DNA from: an uncultured Verrucomicrobiae bacterium
GTDB taxonomy: Bacteria > Verrucomicrobiota > Verrucomicrobiia > Chthoniobacterales > UBA10450
Direction: 5' to 3'
DNA length: 64,000 nucleotides
Assembly: GCA_963801815.1 (NCBI GenBank)
Contig: CAWDGJ010000003.1
Coordinates: 1 to 64,000, forward strand
Positions 42,237-52,361 of this stretch are shown here, in pieces (within the stretch, counting starts at the first letter, position 1; each line of letters opens with the position of its first letter). The notes below the pieces were generated by a model that was not told the origin of the DNA, did no database searches, and saw only the letters and a program-made list of their open reading frames with translations. Both the position numbers and the translations under genes were made by a program.

Positions 42237-45200
42237 ATGCCTTACGTCGAGCTTCATGTCTGCAGTGCGTTCAGTTTTTTGCGCGGCGGCAGTTTTCCCG
42301 AGCAATTGGCGGAGGTCGCCGCCGAATTGCAAATGCCGGCAATCGCGTTGTGCGATCGCAACGGTGTTTACGGCGCCCAACGGTTCTCGGTCGCCGCTCG
42401 CGAGCACGGTGTGCGACCGATTATTGGCACGGAATTGTCGATGGAAGGCGAGGGGATTTTGCCGGTGCTGGTCGAAAATCGGTACTGGCTACAAAAATTT
42501 ATGCGAACTCCTGACTCAAGCGCATTTGCGCAGCGAAAAAGGCAAATGCGAGATCAAGTGGAACGAGCTGCCGCAATTTGCGGAAGGTTTGGTGGTTTTT
42601 GTAGGGGAAGCAGTTTGCTTCCCTCCGAAAAAACGAAACGCTGACAGCGTTTCCTACAAAAAAAGAGAGGACGCTAACAGCGTCCCCTACAGACCGAACG
42701 CACTCGCGCCAAAACTTGACTGTTTAAAACAGTCAAGTTTGCGGACCGGAATTGAGCGACTCATAAACGCCTTTGGGCGGGAAAATGTGTTCGTTGAGAT
42801 CCAGCGGCATTTCGTTCGCGGCGAGGAAGAGATCAATCGACAGCTGGTCGATCTTGCCCGCGCGAATAATTTGCGGTTGATCGCGACCAACGGCGTGCAG
42901 TACGCGAAGCCGTACGGCCGCGAAGTGTTGGATGTGTTCACCTGTATCCGCGAGCACACCCATCTCGATGCCGCCGGAAAACTTCTCACTCAAAACGCCG
43001 AGCGACATCTCAAGGGCGATCGCGAGATGCGGGAATTGTTCCGCGATTTGCCGGAAGCGATCGACAACACCGCGCGCCTGGCTGAGCGCCTGACCTTTTC
43101 GCTGGAAAATCTCGGCTACGAATTTCCGGAGTATCCGGTGCCGTCCGGGCACAGGATGGATTCATTTTTGCGCACGATTGTCTGGTTCGGCGCGCAACAA
43201 CGTTACGCCGCGGTCAGCGCCAAAGTGAAACGCCAGCTCGAGGAAGAACTCGCGCTTATTATCAAGCTCGGGTTCCCCGGATATTTTCTGATCGTCTGGG
43301 ACATCGTGAATTTTTGCCGCGAGCACAACATTATGGTCCAGGGCCGGGGCAGCGCGGCGAACAGCGCGGTCTGTTATTGCCTCGGGATCACGCCAGTCGA
43401 TCCGGTGAGCAACAATCTGGTGTTCGAACGTTTTTTAAACGAGAGCCGCAAAGGCTGGCCGGACATCGATCTCGATCTTCCGAGCGGCGACCGGCGCGAA
43501 TCGGTGATCCAGGAAATTTATCGGCGCTACGGCAAACACGGCGCGGCCATGACCGCGAACGTGATCAGTTATCGCGGGCGGAGCGCGGCGCGCGAGATCG
43601 GCAAGGCGCTGAATTTTTCGCCGAGCATTCTCGATCGCTTCTCGCATTTGTTCGCGAACGGCGATTTTCCACACACGATGGAGTTGGAATCGCAGATCGA
43701 GCAATCCGGTTTGCCGAAAAATCATCCGCGGATGCCGGCGTTCGTCCGGTTGTATCGCGCGATCTACGGATTGCCGCGGCATCTCGGCCAGCATTCCGGC
43801 GGGATGATCATTTGCCAGGACAAGCTCAGCTCGTTTGTGCCGCTGGAGAACGCATCCATGCCGGGACGCGTGGTTGCGCAATGGGACAAGGACGATTGCG
43901 AGGACCTTGGCATCGTGAAAGTCGACCTGCTCGGGCTCGGAATGATGTCGGTGATGCAGGACGCGCTCGAACTTTGTCGCGAACGCGGGCATCCGCTCGA
44001 TCTCGCCCACATTCCGAAAGACGACAGGGAAACGTTCGAGATCATGCAACACGCGGACACGATCGGCGTGTTTCAAATCGAGAGCCGCGCCCAAATGGCC
44101 ACGTTGCCGCGGATGAAACCGAAATGTTTTTACGACGTGGTGATCGAAGTGGCGATCATTCGGCCGGGACCGATCCAGGGCGACATGGTGCATCCGTATT
44201 TGAATCGGCGCGCCGGCCGGGAGCCGGTCACCTATTTCGACGACCGATTGAAACCGGTGCTCGAACGCACGCTCGGTGTTCCGTTGTTCCAGGAACAAAT
44301 GCTCAAGATCGCGATGATCATGGCCGATTTTTCCGGCGACGAAGCCGAGGAATTGCGTCGCGCATTAAGTTTTCATCGCTCCGAGGAACGAATGAACCGC
44401 GTGAGCGTGAAATTGCGCACGGCGATGGAACGCAAAGGCGTTGCGCCGGACAAGATCGACAAGATCATTCAAGCGATTACGTCGTTCGCGCTTTACGGTT
44501 TCCCGGAATCGCACGCGATCAGTTTTGCGATCCTGGCTTACGCCAGTGCGTATCTGAAAGTGCATCGCGCTCCGGAATTTTTTGCGAGCCTGATCAACAA
44601 TCAGCCAATGGGTTTCTATACGCCGGCGACCATTGTGAAAGACGCGCAACGTCACGGCGTAAAATGAAACCGGTGTGCGTGAAAAAATCGGATTGGCGTT
44701 GCACCGTTCTGGACAACAACACATTTCGACTTGGGTTTTGTGTGGTGAACGGATTGCGCCAGGAGCACGGCGAACAAATCGAACGCGCTCGAAACGATCG
44801 CCAATTCAGGTCGCTCGAGGATTTCAAACGGCGGGTTTCGCTTTCCAAAGAGGAATTGCGAACTCTGGCGGAACTGGGCGCACTGAATTGTTTCGCGAAA
44901 CATCGGCGCGCGGCGATGTGGAAGGTAGAAGAGCCGATGCATGATGATCTGGTAGGGAGCACATGCGCGCTCGCGTGTTAATGCCAGTCCGGCTCGGACT
45001 TCCGGCGCCCCCGCCGGAAATCTCCCGTCTCGTTTGGCGAGGCGCCAAACGATGCACGGTCCGAGCCGGACTGGCCTCGCGCGTGCGCTCCCCTGCAACC
45101 GATGACCGTTCAGGAGCGGGTGACGGCGGATTATCAAACGATGAATCTCACCACCGGTCCGCATCCGATGAAACTCCTGCGCGACCGATTGCCTGACATC

Positions 45201-45582
45201 TGGCGCGCGAGCGATCTCGTGAAGGCAAAACATGGATCAACGATCCAAATCGCGGGGAATGTGATTTGCCGTCAACGCCCGGGCACCGCCAAGGGATTTG
45301 TGTTCGTGAGCCTGGAAGATGAGACCGGAGTTTCCAACGCGATTGTCGATCCTGATTTGTTCGAGCGCTACCGGCTGTTGATCACGGAAGAAGATTTTCT
45401 TGTCATCGAAGGCGAAGTTCAGAATTCGGAAAACGTCGTGTTGATCAAGACCCACGCGATCAAGACCGCTGCTTCACCTGCCCGCAGTTGCTACAGCCCA
45501 GCCCGCAGCAGATGCAGCGCTTCTGGCGGGGTTGCAGGCGGGTGGCGAGCTTCTCGGGAGCGAGTCACACGATTTTCGCTGA
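42237..45582 (+). CDS. dnaE2: Error-prone DNA polymerase DnaE2/ImuC, several apparent frameshifts and repeat insertions
   Basis: YVELH..SAFSFL, GRGSAANS, PDIDLD, PRHLGQHSGG, YGFPESHA, RQRPGTAKG, terminal SHDFR*. Confidence 0.93.
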
Positions 45583-45647
45583 TGGAGGGACGACCTCCGT
45601 GTCGTCCGAATTAGATTCGTCGGACATGACGGAGCAATGTCCCTTCA

Positions 45648-47131
45648 CTACTCGCCGGCGGAATGCTTGGCCGGTTCTTTTGGCTCGGCCGGTTTCTCCG
45701 CCGGCTTTTGATCGGACTCGATCCATTCGGTGTGAAACACGCCTGGTTTGTCGACCCGCTCGTAAGTGTGCGCGCCGAAGAAATCGCGCTGCGCCTGTAA
45801 CAGATTCGAAGGCAACCGGGCGGAGCGATAACTGTCGAAGTAAGCGAGCGACGCGGAAAACGCCGGAACCGCCACGCCGAATTCGATCGCGGTGGAAACT
45901 GCGACGCGCCAGTTGTCCTGCGTGTTCTTAATAATATCCGTGAAATACGAGTCGAGCAGAAGATTGTGCAGAGCGGAGTCGCGTTTGTAAGCGTCGACGA
46001 TGCGGTTGAGAAATTTTGCGCGAATGATGCACCCGCCGCGCCAAATCGTGGCGATGTCGCCGAAGTTCAGGTTCCAATTGTACTGTTTGCTGGCGGCACC
46101 GAGCAGCTCCATGCCCTGCGCGTAGGAAACGATTTTTGATGCGTAAAGCGCATTGCGCACTGCTTCGATGAGCTTCTTGCGGTCGCCGGTGAATTTCTTC
46201 GGCTTGGCTGCGGCAAAATCTTGGATGCGGCAACACGGTCGTCTTTGCGCGACGAAATCACGCGCGCTTCCACGGCGGCATTGATGGTCGAAATGACGAC
46301 GGATTGGGCGATGGCGGATTGCAACGTCCACATGCCGGTGCCTTTCTGGCCGGCCTTGTCGAGAATCACATCGACGAGCGCTTTGCCGGTTTCGGGATCG
46401 ATTTTGCGGAAAATCTGCGAAGTGATGTCGATCAAATAACTGTCGAGCTCGCCCTTGTTCCATTCGGCAAAAGTGTCGGCGAGCTCTTTGTTGTCCATGC
46501 CGACGACGTCTTTCAGAATTGCGTAAGCTTCGCAGATCAACTGCATGTCGCCGTACTCGATGCCGTTGTGGACCATTTTGACATAATGGCCCGCGCCGTC
46601 CGGACCCATGTAACGGCAACACGGTTCGCCGTCGACCTGCGCCGCGATCTTGCGATAAATCGGCGCGATAATTTCCCACGATGCGCGGGAGCCGCCGGGC
46701 ATGAGTGATGGACCCTTGAGCGCGCCTTCCTCTCCGCCGGAAACGCCCATGCCGACGTAATGAATCCCTCTTGCTTCCATCTCCTTGCAGCGGCGTTGCG
46801 TGTCGGTGAAAAGCGAATTGCCGCCGTCGATGATCACGTCGCCCTTCTCCATCAACGGTGCGATTTCGCCGATGACCTGATCGACCGGTTTGCCGGCCTT
46901 GATCATCATCTGGGCTTTGCGCGGTTTCTTGAGCGCGCCGATGAATTCTTCGATTGTCCGAGTCGGCCGGATATTTTTTCCCTTCGCGCGAGTGGCCGCG
47001 AATTTGTCGGTGACCTCAGTCGTGCGATTGAAAACTGCGACCGAAAATCCCTTCGATTCCATATTGAGGACGAGATTTTCGCCCATCACAGCCAGGCCGA
47101 TGAGGCCAATATCACATTGATTCGCGGTCAT
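45648..47131 (-). CDS. gndA: NADP-dependent 6-phosphogluconate dehydrogenase, apparent frameshift near 46210
   Basis: GLAVMGENL, VSGGEEGA, KMVHNGIEYGDMQ, QRDFFGAHTY. Confidence 0.95.
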
Positions 47132-47195
47132 TTTCGATCTCCCTTCTTGCAACGCCGCCGTGGCGCTGTCTGAATGTAACGGGCGATTGAAACAC

Positions 47196-47645
47196 ATGGC
47201 AAACGCGGTTTGTGAAATCCTGGTGACGGAATCGGCATTACAAGCGCCGGACCAGAACATCAGTGCTGAGGCCGGTGCGGTGGTTGATTTCTTTGGCGTT
47301 GTTCGAAAACTGGAAGACGGTCGCGAGATTCAAGGGATCGATTACGAAGCGCACGTAAAGATGGCGGATCATCAATTGCGACTGATCGCAAATGCGGCGG
47401 CGGAGAAGTTTCAATTGAAGCAAGTCGTGCTGCATCATCGATTCGGATTTGTGGGCGCGGGCGAAGCGTCGTTGTTCCTGAGAGTCAGCGCGCCGCGGCG
47501 GACGGCGGCCTTTGAAGCAAGCAAGTGGATCGTCGACGAACTAAAGAAGAAAGTCCCGATCTGGAAGAAACCGAAATTCGCCAAGGTTCCCGTGCGTCTT
47601 GGCACGAAGAAAAGGACGGCCCACAGGGCCGTGGCTACACGATGA
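47196..47645 (+). CDS. moaE: Molybdopterin synthase catalytic subunit
   Basis: GAVVDFFGVVR, YEAH..MA, DELKKKVPIWKK. Confidence 0.9.
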   Translation: MANAVCEILVTESALQAPDQNISAEAGAVVDFFGVVRKLEDGREIQGIDYEAHVKMADHQLRLIANAAAEKFQLKQVVLHHRFGFVGAGEASLFLRVSAPRRTAAFEASKWIVDELKKKVPIWKKPKFAKVPVRLGTKKRTAHRAVATR

Positions 47646-48220
47646 ACTGGGCGAACCGTTTAACTTTGAGCCGGCTGCTGCTGACAATCGTTTTTGTCGC
47701 CGCGCTCAATTCGTCATGGCATTACGGGCGGACGCTGGCCCTGGTTATTTTCCTGCTGGCTGGAATCAGCGACTTCGTCGATGGCGAGATTGCGCGGCGT
47801 TACGGCATCGTGACGAACTTCGGCAAGTTAATGGACCCGCTGGTGGACAAAATTATGGTGGCGGCGGCATTTATTTCCCTCGTCCCCCTCAAAGCCGTTC
47901 CGGCCTGGGCGGCAACCGCTGTGGTCGCGCGCGATTTCCTGATCACCGGTTTGCGAATGATGGCGGGAGCGAAGGGAAAAATTTTGCCAGCCGAGCGACT
48001 CGGCAAACAAAAGACTTCCTGGCAGGTGGTCACGGTGATTTTCTTTCTCGCGCTGCTCTCCCTGAGCGAGCTGCGGTACGCGAGCGAAGGATCGATATGG
48101 TGGATTCGGGCATGGAACGACGCGGGGCCGGTCCTGGTGTGGATCACCGTCGCCCTGACCATTTATTCCGGATTGCTCTACGCCTGGCGTCACCGGGACT
48201 TGATTGTGCCTAACGAGTAG
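47642..48220 (+). CDS. pgsA: CDP-alcohol phosphatidyltransferase (PgsA-like)
   Basis: NRLTLSR, DFVDGEIARR..TNFGKLMDPLVDK. Confidence 0.88.
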   Translation: MNWANRLTLSRLLLTIVFVAALNSSWHYGRTLALVIFLLAGISDFVDGEIARRYGIVTNFGKLMDPLVDKIMVAAAFISLVPLKAVPAWAATAVVARDFLITGLRMMAGAKGKILPAERLGKQKTSWQVVTVIFFLALLSLSELRYASEGSIWWIRAWNDAGPVLVWITVALTIYSGLLYAWRHRDLIVPNE

Positions 48221-48258
48221 GTGCCGGCCCGAATGATCGCAATCGGTGAGTGAGATCG

Positions 48259-48675
48259 ATGAAGAAAGGCGTGACTAGCGGAAAGCGACTGAACCATGAG
48301 CCGCCGAGCGTGACAGCGAAGCTCGGATGGCGGTACCACCACATCGGGATTCCACACACGCGGCCTCGTGCTCAGGAGCATCATGTCGCGCACCTCGGGG
48401 TTCACGTCGCCGGTTTTGAGACCAGTCCCTACGGGATCGAGTGGATCCGATTCGAACCGCATTGTCGCGTGCCCGAGATCGTCAGAACTGTTCCGCACAT
48501 CGCCTTCGCCGTCGACGATTTGGACGAAGCCCTAAAAGGTAAGGAGATTTTGATCGCACCGACCGAGCCATCGGTTGGAGTTCGTGTTGCGTTCATACTT
48601 GACGATGGAGCACCGGTTGAGCTGCTACAGTTCTACAAGACCAAGGCCGTCCGCCCGAAGACAAGGCGGCGTTAG
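48259..48675 (+). CDS. VOC/glyoxalase-fold hypothetical protein
   Basis: YHHIGIP, PHIAFAVDDLDEAL, GAPVELL. Confidence 0.75.
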   Translation: MKKGVTSGKRLNHEPPSVTAKLGWRYHHIGIPHTRPRAQEHHVAHLGVHVAGFETSPYGIEWIRFEPHCRVPEIVRTVPHIAFAVDDLDEALKGKEILIAPTEPSVGVRVAFILDDGAPVELLQFYKTKAVRPKTRRR

Positions 48676-48681
48676 GCCGGT

Positions 48682-49305
48682 ATGACCACGAGACATTTTC
48701 TACGCCTCATTGTTTGTTTCGGTCTGTTCGCTTTGATCTCTCGTGTCGCCGGTGCCGAATTGAAAATCACGCAGGACATCATTCCCCCAGGGAAATGCGG
48801 ACGTCCCTTGCATCGGCCGATGCGTCCGACATTTATCACTATTCATTCGACCGACAATACGTCTCGTAGCGCCGACGCTTTGCATAACGCACTCGCTATG
48901 AAGAAAGGGCTCCGAAGCCGTCACAATCGCACTGGATTTCTCACCTGGCATTTCACTGTGGATGATCATTCCATTTACCAAAGCCTGCCGACCAATGAAA
49001 CCGGAGAGCACGCTGATTACGAAGGCCAGGGAAACAGGTCGTCCATTGGGATCGAAATGTGTGTAAACCGGGGCAACAATCTTGGCAGCACCATCGACCG
49101 CACCGCGCGACTCACAGCCAGACTGATGCGCCAATATCATATCCCTCTCGATCATGTTGTCCCGCATATGCACTGGCGCAGGATCCGCTACAGCGACGGC
49201 CGCGACGAGGGGTTCAAACAATGCCCAAGAGTCCTGCTGGATCGCGGTCGTCTTGGTTCAAAATGGAGTGCATTTATGGCCAAAGTCTCCTTTTATGCAC
49301 GATGA
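48682..49305 (+). CDS. Secreted N-acetylmuramoyl-L-alanine amidase (Amidase_2 type)
   Basis: ITIHST, WHFTVDD, HA..GNRSSIGIEMC, VVPH, CP. Confidence 0.88.
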   Translation: MTTRHFLRLIVCFGLFALISRVAGAELKITQDIIPPGKCGRPLHRPMRPTFITIHSTDNTSRSADALHNALAMKKGLRSRHNRTGFLTWHFTVDDHSIYQSLPTNETGEHADYEGQGNRSSIGIEMCVNRGNNLGSTIDRTARLTARLMRQYHIPLDHVVPHMHWRRIRYSDGRDEGFKQCPRVLLDRGRLGSKWSAFMAKVSFYAR

Positions 49306-49332
49306 ACTTGGCAACGGCCGGGATGAAGGATG

Positions 49333-49370
49333 AATTATGAATGGAGCGAATGGTGATGAGCGACATAGAA
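49333..49370 (+). repeat. Family 1 repeat 5' module, identical to 50426-50463
   Basis: AATTATGAATGGAGCGAATGGTGATGAGCGACATAGAA. Confidence 0.9.
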
Positions 49371-49553
49371 TGGAGTCCCGGGCGTGGAGATGGTTCGGGG
49401 GAGCGCTTTATAGAGCAGCTCGGTAGAACCATCGATACGGTGGAGTTCGCGTAATTGTTTGATGCACTCCTCGTTGCGCCGGTCCCTGGCAGTTTCGATG
49501 GGACCTTGGTCCAACAGGACGGACGGCTCTTGGAGGCGTAGTTGCAGGAATCT

Positions 49554-50024
49554 ATGAATGCAAAACCCATACTTTTTTTTAGTTGCTTTGTTGCGGTGAC
49601 GTTGACCACGTCGCTAGTCACGGCCGCACCACATGGTAGTGGCCAGCATTGGGGTAGTGGCCAGCATTGGGGTGGCGGCCAGCGTTGGGGTGGCGGTAAT
49701 TGGAATGGCAATTGGCATCACAACCATAATCACTTTAATGATGTCACCTTCATCGGCGGTTTTGGCGGCTTCCCGTTTTGGGGCTGGGGCTACCCGTTGG
49801 GTTGGAACTACCCGTATGGATATTACGGCGCTTATCCCTACGGCTATTACGGCAACGGTTACTACGGTGGCGGGTATTACGGTACCGCCGGTTACGGCTA
49901 CGGACGCGGCTATGGCTACCGGAATCTCCACACCTATTACGGTCGTCAGGGACATAACTATGGCTACGTCGGCTATGGTCACCGGTCTTCCCACACCTAT
50001 CACGCTCGTCACGGGCATCGATAA
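49554..50024 (+). CDS. Secreted Gly/Tyr/His/Trp-rich low-complexity protein
   Basis: Signal peptide, GSGQHW-type repeats, YPYGYYG repeats. Confidence 0.8.
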   Translation: MNAKPILFFSCFVAVTLTTSLVTAAPHGSGQHWGSGQHWGGGQRWGGGNWNGNWHHNHNHFNDVTFIGGFGGFPFWGWGYPLGWNYPYGYYGAYPYGYYGNGYYGGGYYGTAGYGYGRGYGYRNLHTYYGRQGHNYGYVGYGHRSSHTYHARHGHR

Positions 50025-50369
50025 CTATTGCAGTTTTGCCGCCGGGTTCTGAACGAAATGAATCCGTTCGGAAAAATGATGGCAGAGAGCATTCTATTCA
50101 GTGGTTGGTTTGCGAGCTTAGTATTGATCGTCTCAGTCTCGCTGGCATGCTATTGGGTGGTAGGACATCGGAGGTCGAAAAAAGAAATCGCGGAACAAAG
50201 CAGAGAGAAACAAAAGCCTTAATAGGTATCTGTTTTGCCACCCGCCTGCGTCGTCACGCGCAGTTTGTGATGGGTTATCATCGCCCATATCACGATCAGC
50301 ATATATGGTGATTTTTTACGCGACGGCTCTGTCGCCGGGCAATGGAAGCGACGCCGGCGCAGCGAGGAG

Positions 50370-50577
50370 GCCTAACCAATCGATGAAGCCAACAGCGAGC
50401 CGCTGCGCGGCAAGGATGAAGTAAAAATTATGAATGGAGCGAATGGTGATGAGCGACATAGAAGGTAAAGTGACGAGGGTAGGAGCGAGTGAGCGTGGGC
50501 AGCGAACGAGTTCCAAGTATGAAGTGGAGGACTAATCCCGCTCCCGCTCGCGGTGGCTTATCTCTTTCTCGTTAGAT
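50370..50577 (+). mobile_element. Isolated attC-like site with a family 1 repeat in its central loop
   Basis: GCCTAAC-CAATCG-ATGAAGCC-AACAGCGAGC ... GCTCGCGGT-GGCTTAT-CTCTTTCTC-GTTAGAT. Confidence 0.65.
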
Positions 50578-50916
50578 GACGATGGCTTTCAGTTTGCGGA
50601 TGCGAAGCACCGCGAGCAGCCGCTTCCACCAACTGCTGTTGTTGGATTGAAAAGTGAGGCCGGCGGAGCGAAAAATGGTTCGCTGGCTGCCAATATCGAT
50701 AGAGATCGTGCGCTTATAAGTTTCAAAGAAATGCCGATTCCGTCCGGGGTGAACGCCAACCACGAAGCGGGAGACATCGCGAGTAGGGAAGTTGACGATC
50801 TTGCCGTCCAGCGAGCCGCCCTCGTAGACAACTCTGAGCGTCTTCAGAACCCTGGGATGCTCGAGATCGTCGAGTCTGTCCTGCTCATCTGTGACCCGTA
50901 TAGCAATCGCCGTCAT
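50572..50916 (-). CDS. Hypothetical protein
   Basis: YEGGSLDG motif; start uncertain. Confidence 0.55.
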   Translation of the reverse strand: MTAIAIRVTDEQDRLDDLEHPRVLKTLRVVYEGGSLDGKIVNFPTRDVSRFVVGVHPGRNRHFFETYKRTISIDIGSQRTIFRSAGLTFQSNNSSWWKRLLAVLRIRKLKAIVI

Positions 50917-50979
50917 AAAGTAAATTTCCTTTCTTTTTCTGGAATTTGCCATAGGACTTTAGCCTCAGACCAGTTCCGT

Positions 50980-52053
50980 TCAGGAATGGGTGAGCTTGAC
51001 GCCAGTTTCGAGGTCAGCCTTTCCCGGCAACGAAATTTCGGGATTCGCTTGATCACTCGGGTCAGAGAACGTGACTTGATCGGAATAAAGCAGCTCACTG
51101 ACCACCTGAAAAATCTTGAGCTCGCAAACGTCGCACTTTTGGTAAAGCTCGCTCAGAACCCTTGGACCGTGCGCAAGCTGGTCCCAAATTCGTTGGGCAA
51201 GCGGACGTAGCGTTTCGGGCGAGGCGCCGTTCCAATGCAATTCTCTGGCGCACGTTCGTAGTGGTTTAAGATGGCTTCGCATTCCTTTTTTCAAAGCATC
51301 GAGCTCGTCACGATATTGACAAGCGGCAATGAGGAGGTCGCTTCGGGCGGCAATCGGAGCTGATTGCGTAGAATCAATCAGTGAGCCTTCGCCAGCGGCG
51401 AAGGTGAAGCTACCGGAAAGATTATCGCTCAGAAATAATTGCCAGAAGGCTTCTTCGCCGGTGAGATGCTGGAATCGTGCGGCTCTCGGTTGGCCAGATT
51501 CGAAATAAAAGGCTCCGATGGTGTCACCTTTATCGTCTTTTATGCTGAGCTCGCCGGTTTGGCAGGAGCTTATGATCGTCTGATGAATGGTCATGAGATC
51601 GAAATGGGAAATGCGACCTCTTAGTTCAAGGGAATCGTCTTGTTCGCCGACAAAATCGCGCTCCTTGAGCAAACGCGCGGTCATTTGCTCGCACAAATAT
51701 CGAAAGAACGATGGGACGAGGCGTATCAATTCAGGAAAGTTCGCGCGGGGGAAACATTGCAATTTCGATGCCTCTTTTGCGCGGATGAGCTGCGACCGGC
51801 GCAGATCGGCGAAAACTTCGATGTCACCAATGAGATCGCCGCGGTAGAGAAGCAGGATTTTGCTTGCGGGGCGGCTTTCTTGCGTAACTACTTCGAGCAC
51901 ACCGCGATTGACGATGTACAGCGCGTTGCCCGGCTCGCCCGGCGAATAGAGGGCGTCACCCTCAGCGACGTATCGGACCCAGGACAACTCGCCCATAGCT
52001 TTGAGCTCGGATGGCGTGAGGGTCGTGCAAAACGCAAAAAAATCGCGTTGCAT
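50980..52053 (-). CDS. cNMP-binding domain plus DUF4388-like domain protein
   Basis: GEPGNALYIVNRGVLEV..GDLIGD; LRGRISHFDL..QTGELSI..YFESG. Confidence 0.8.
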   Translation of the reverse strand: MQRDFFAFCTTLTPSELKAMGELSWVRYVAEGDALYSPGEPGNALYIVNRGVLEVVTQESRPASKILLLYRGDLIGDIEVFADLRRSQLIRAKEASKLQCFPRANFPELIRLVPSFFRYLCEQMTARLLKERDFVGEQDDSLELRGRISHFDLMTIHQTIISSCQTGELSIKDDKGDTIGAFYFESGQPRAARFQHLTGEEAFWQLFLSDNLSGSFTFAAGEGSLIDSTQSAPIAARSDLLIAACQYRDELDALKKGMRSHLKPLRTCARELHWNGASPETLRPLAQRIWDQLAHGPRVLSELYQKCDVCELKIFQVVSELLYSDQVTFSDPSDQANPEISLPGKADLETGVKLTHS

Positions 52054-52185
52054 TGTCCATCACGACAGCAGGATTCGTACATTGCACGCTGGAAAATTTG
52101 TCGGTAAATGAGCCTTCACTCCCCCAAACGGGCAGCGACCTAAACGTGTTTGCCACGACTCTCCCGTTACCTATGAAAAAAGGAG

Positions 52186-52256
52186 AGCGGGCAACGGGAA
52201 TCGAACCCGCATGGCCAGCTTGGAAGGCTGGAACTTTACCATTAAGCTATGCCCGC
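52186..52256 (-). tRNA. tRNA-Gly (anticodon TCC), CCA not encoded
   Basis: GCGGGCA acceptor stem, CCAGC-CTTCCAA-GCTGG anticodon arm, GGTTCGATTCC T-arm. Confidence 0.95.
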
Positions 52257-52361
52257 GTTTGAGGACGGTAAGTTGCCGTGAGCAGTTCCGGCTGCCAAGC
52301 GATTTCTGCCGTGGTCGCCACCCGCACTTGCAATTTCCGCGCGTGCGGTCTAGCTAGCGAC

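Noticed and set aside
43314..44660. Long alternate-frame and antisense ORFs over dnaE2, gnd and the ABC genes
   Set aside because: Typical high-GC shadow ORFs with Arg/Pro-rich, non-protein-like composition.
52186..52256. tRNA-Gly as an integration site
   Set aside because: I found no duplicated tRNA 3' fragment or integrase in the window.
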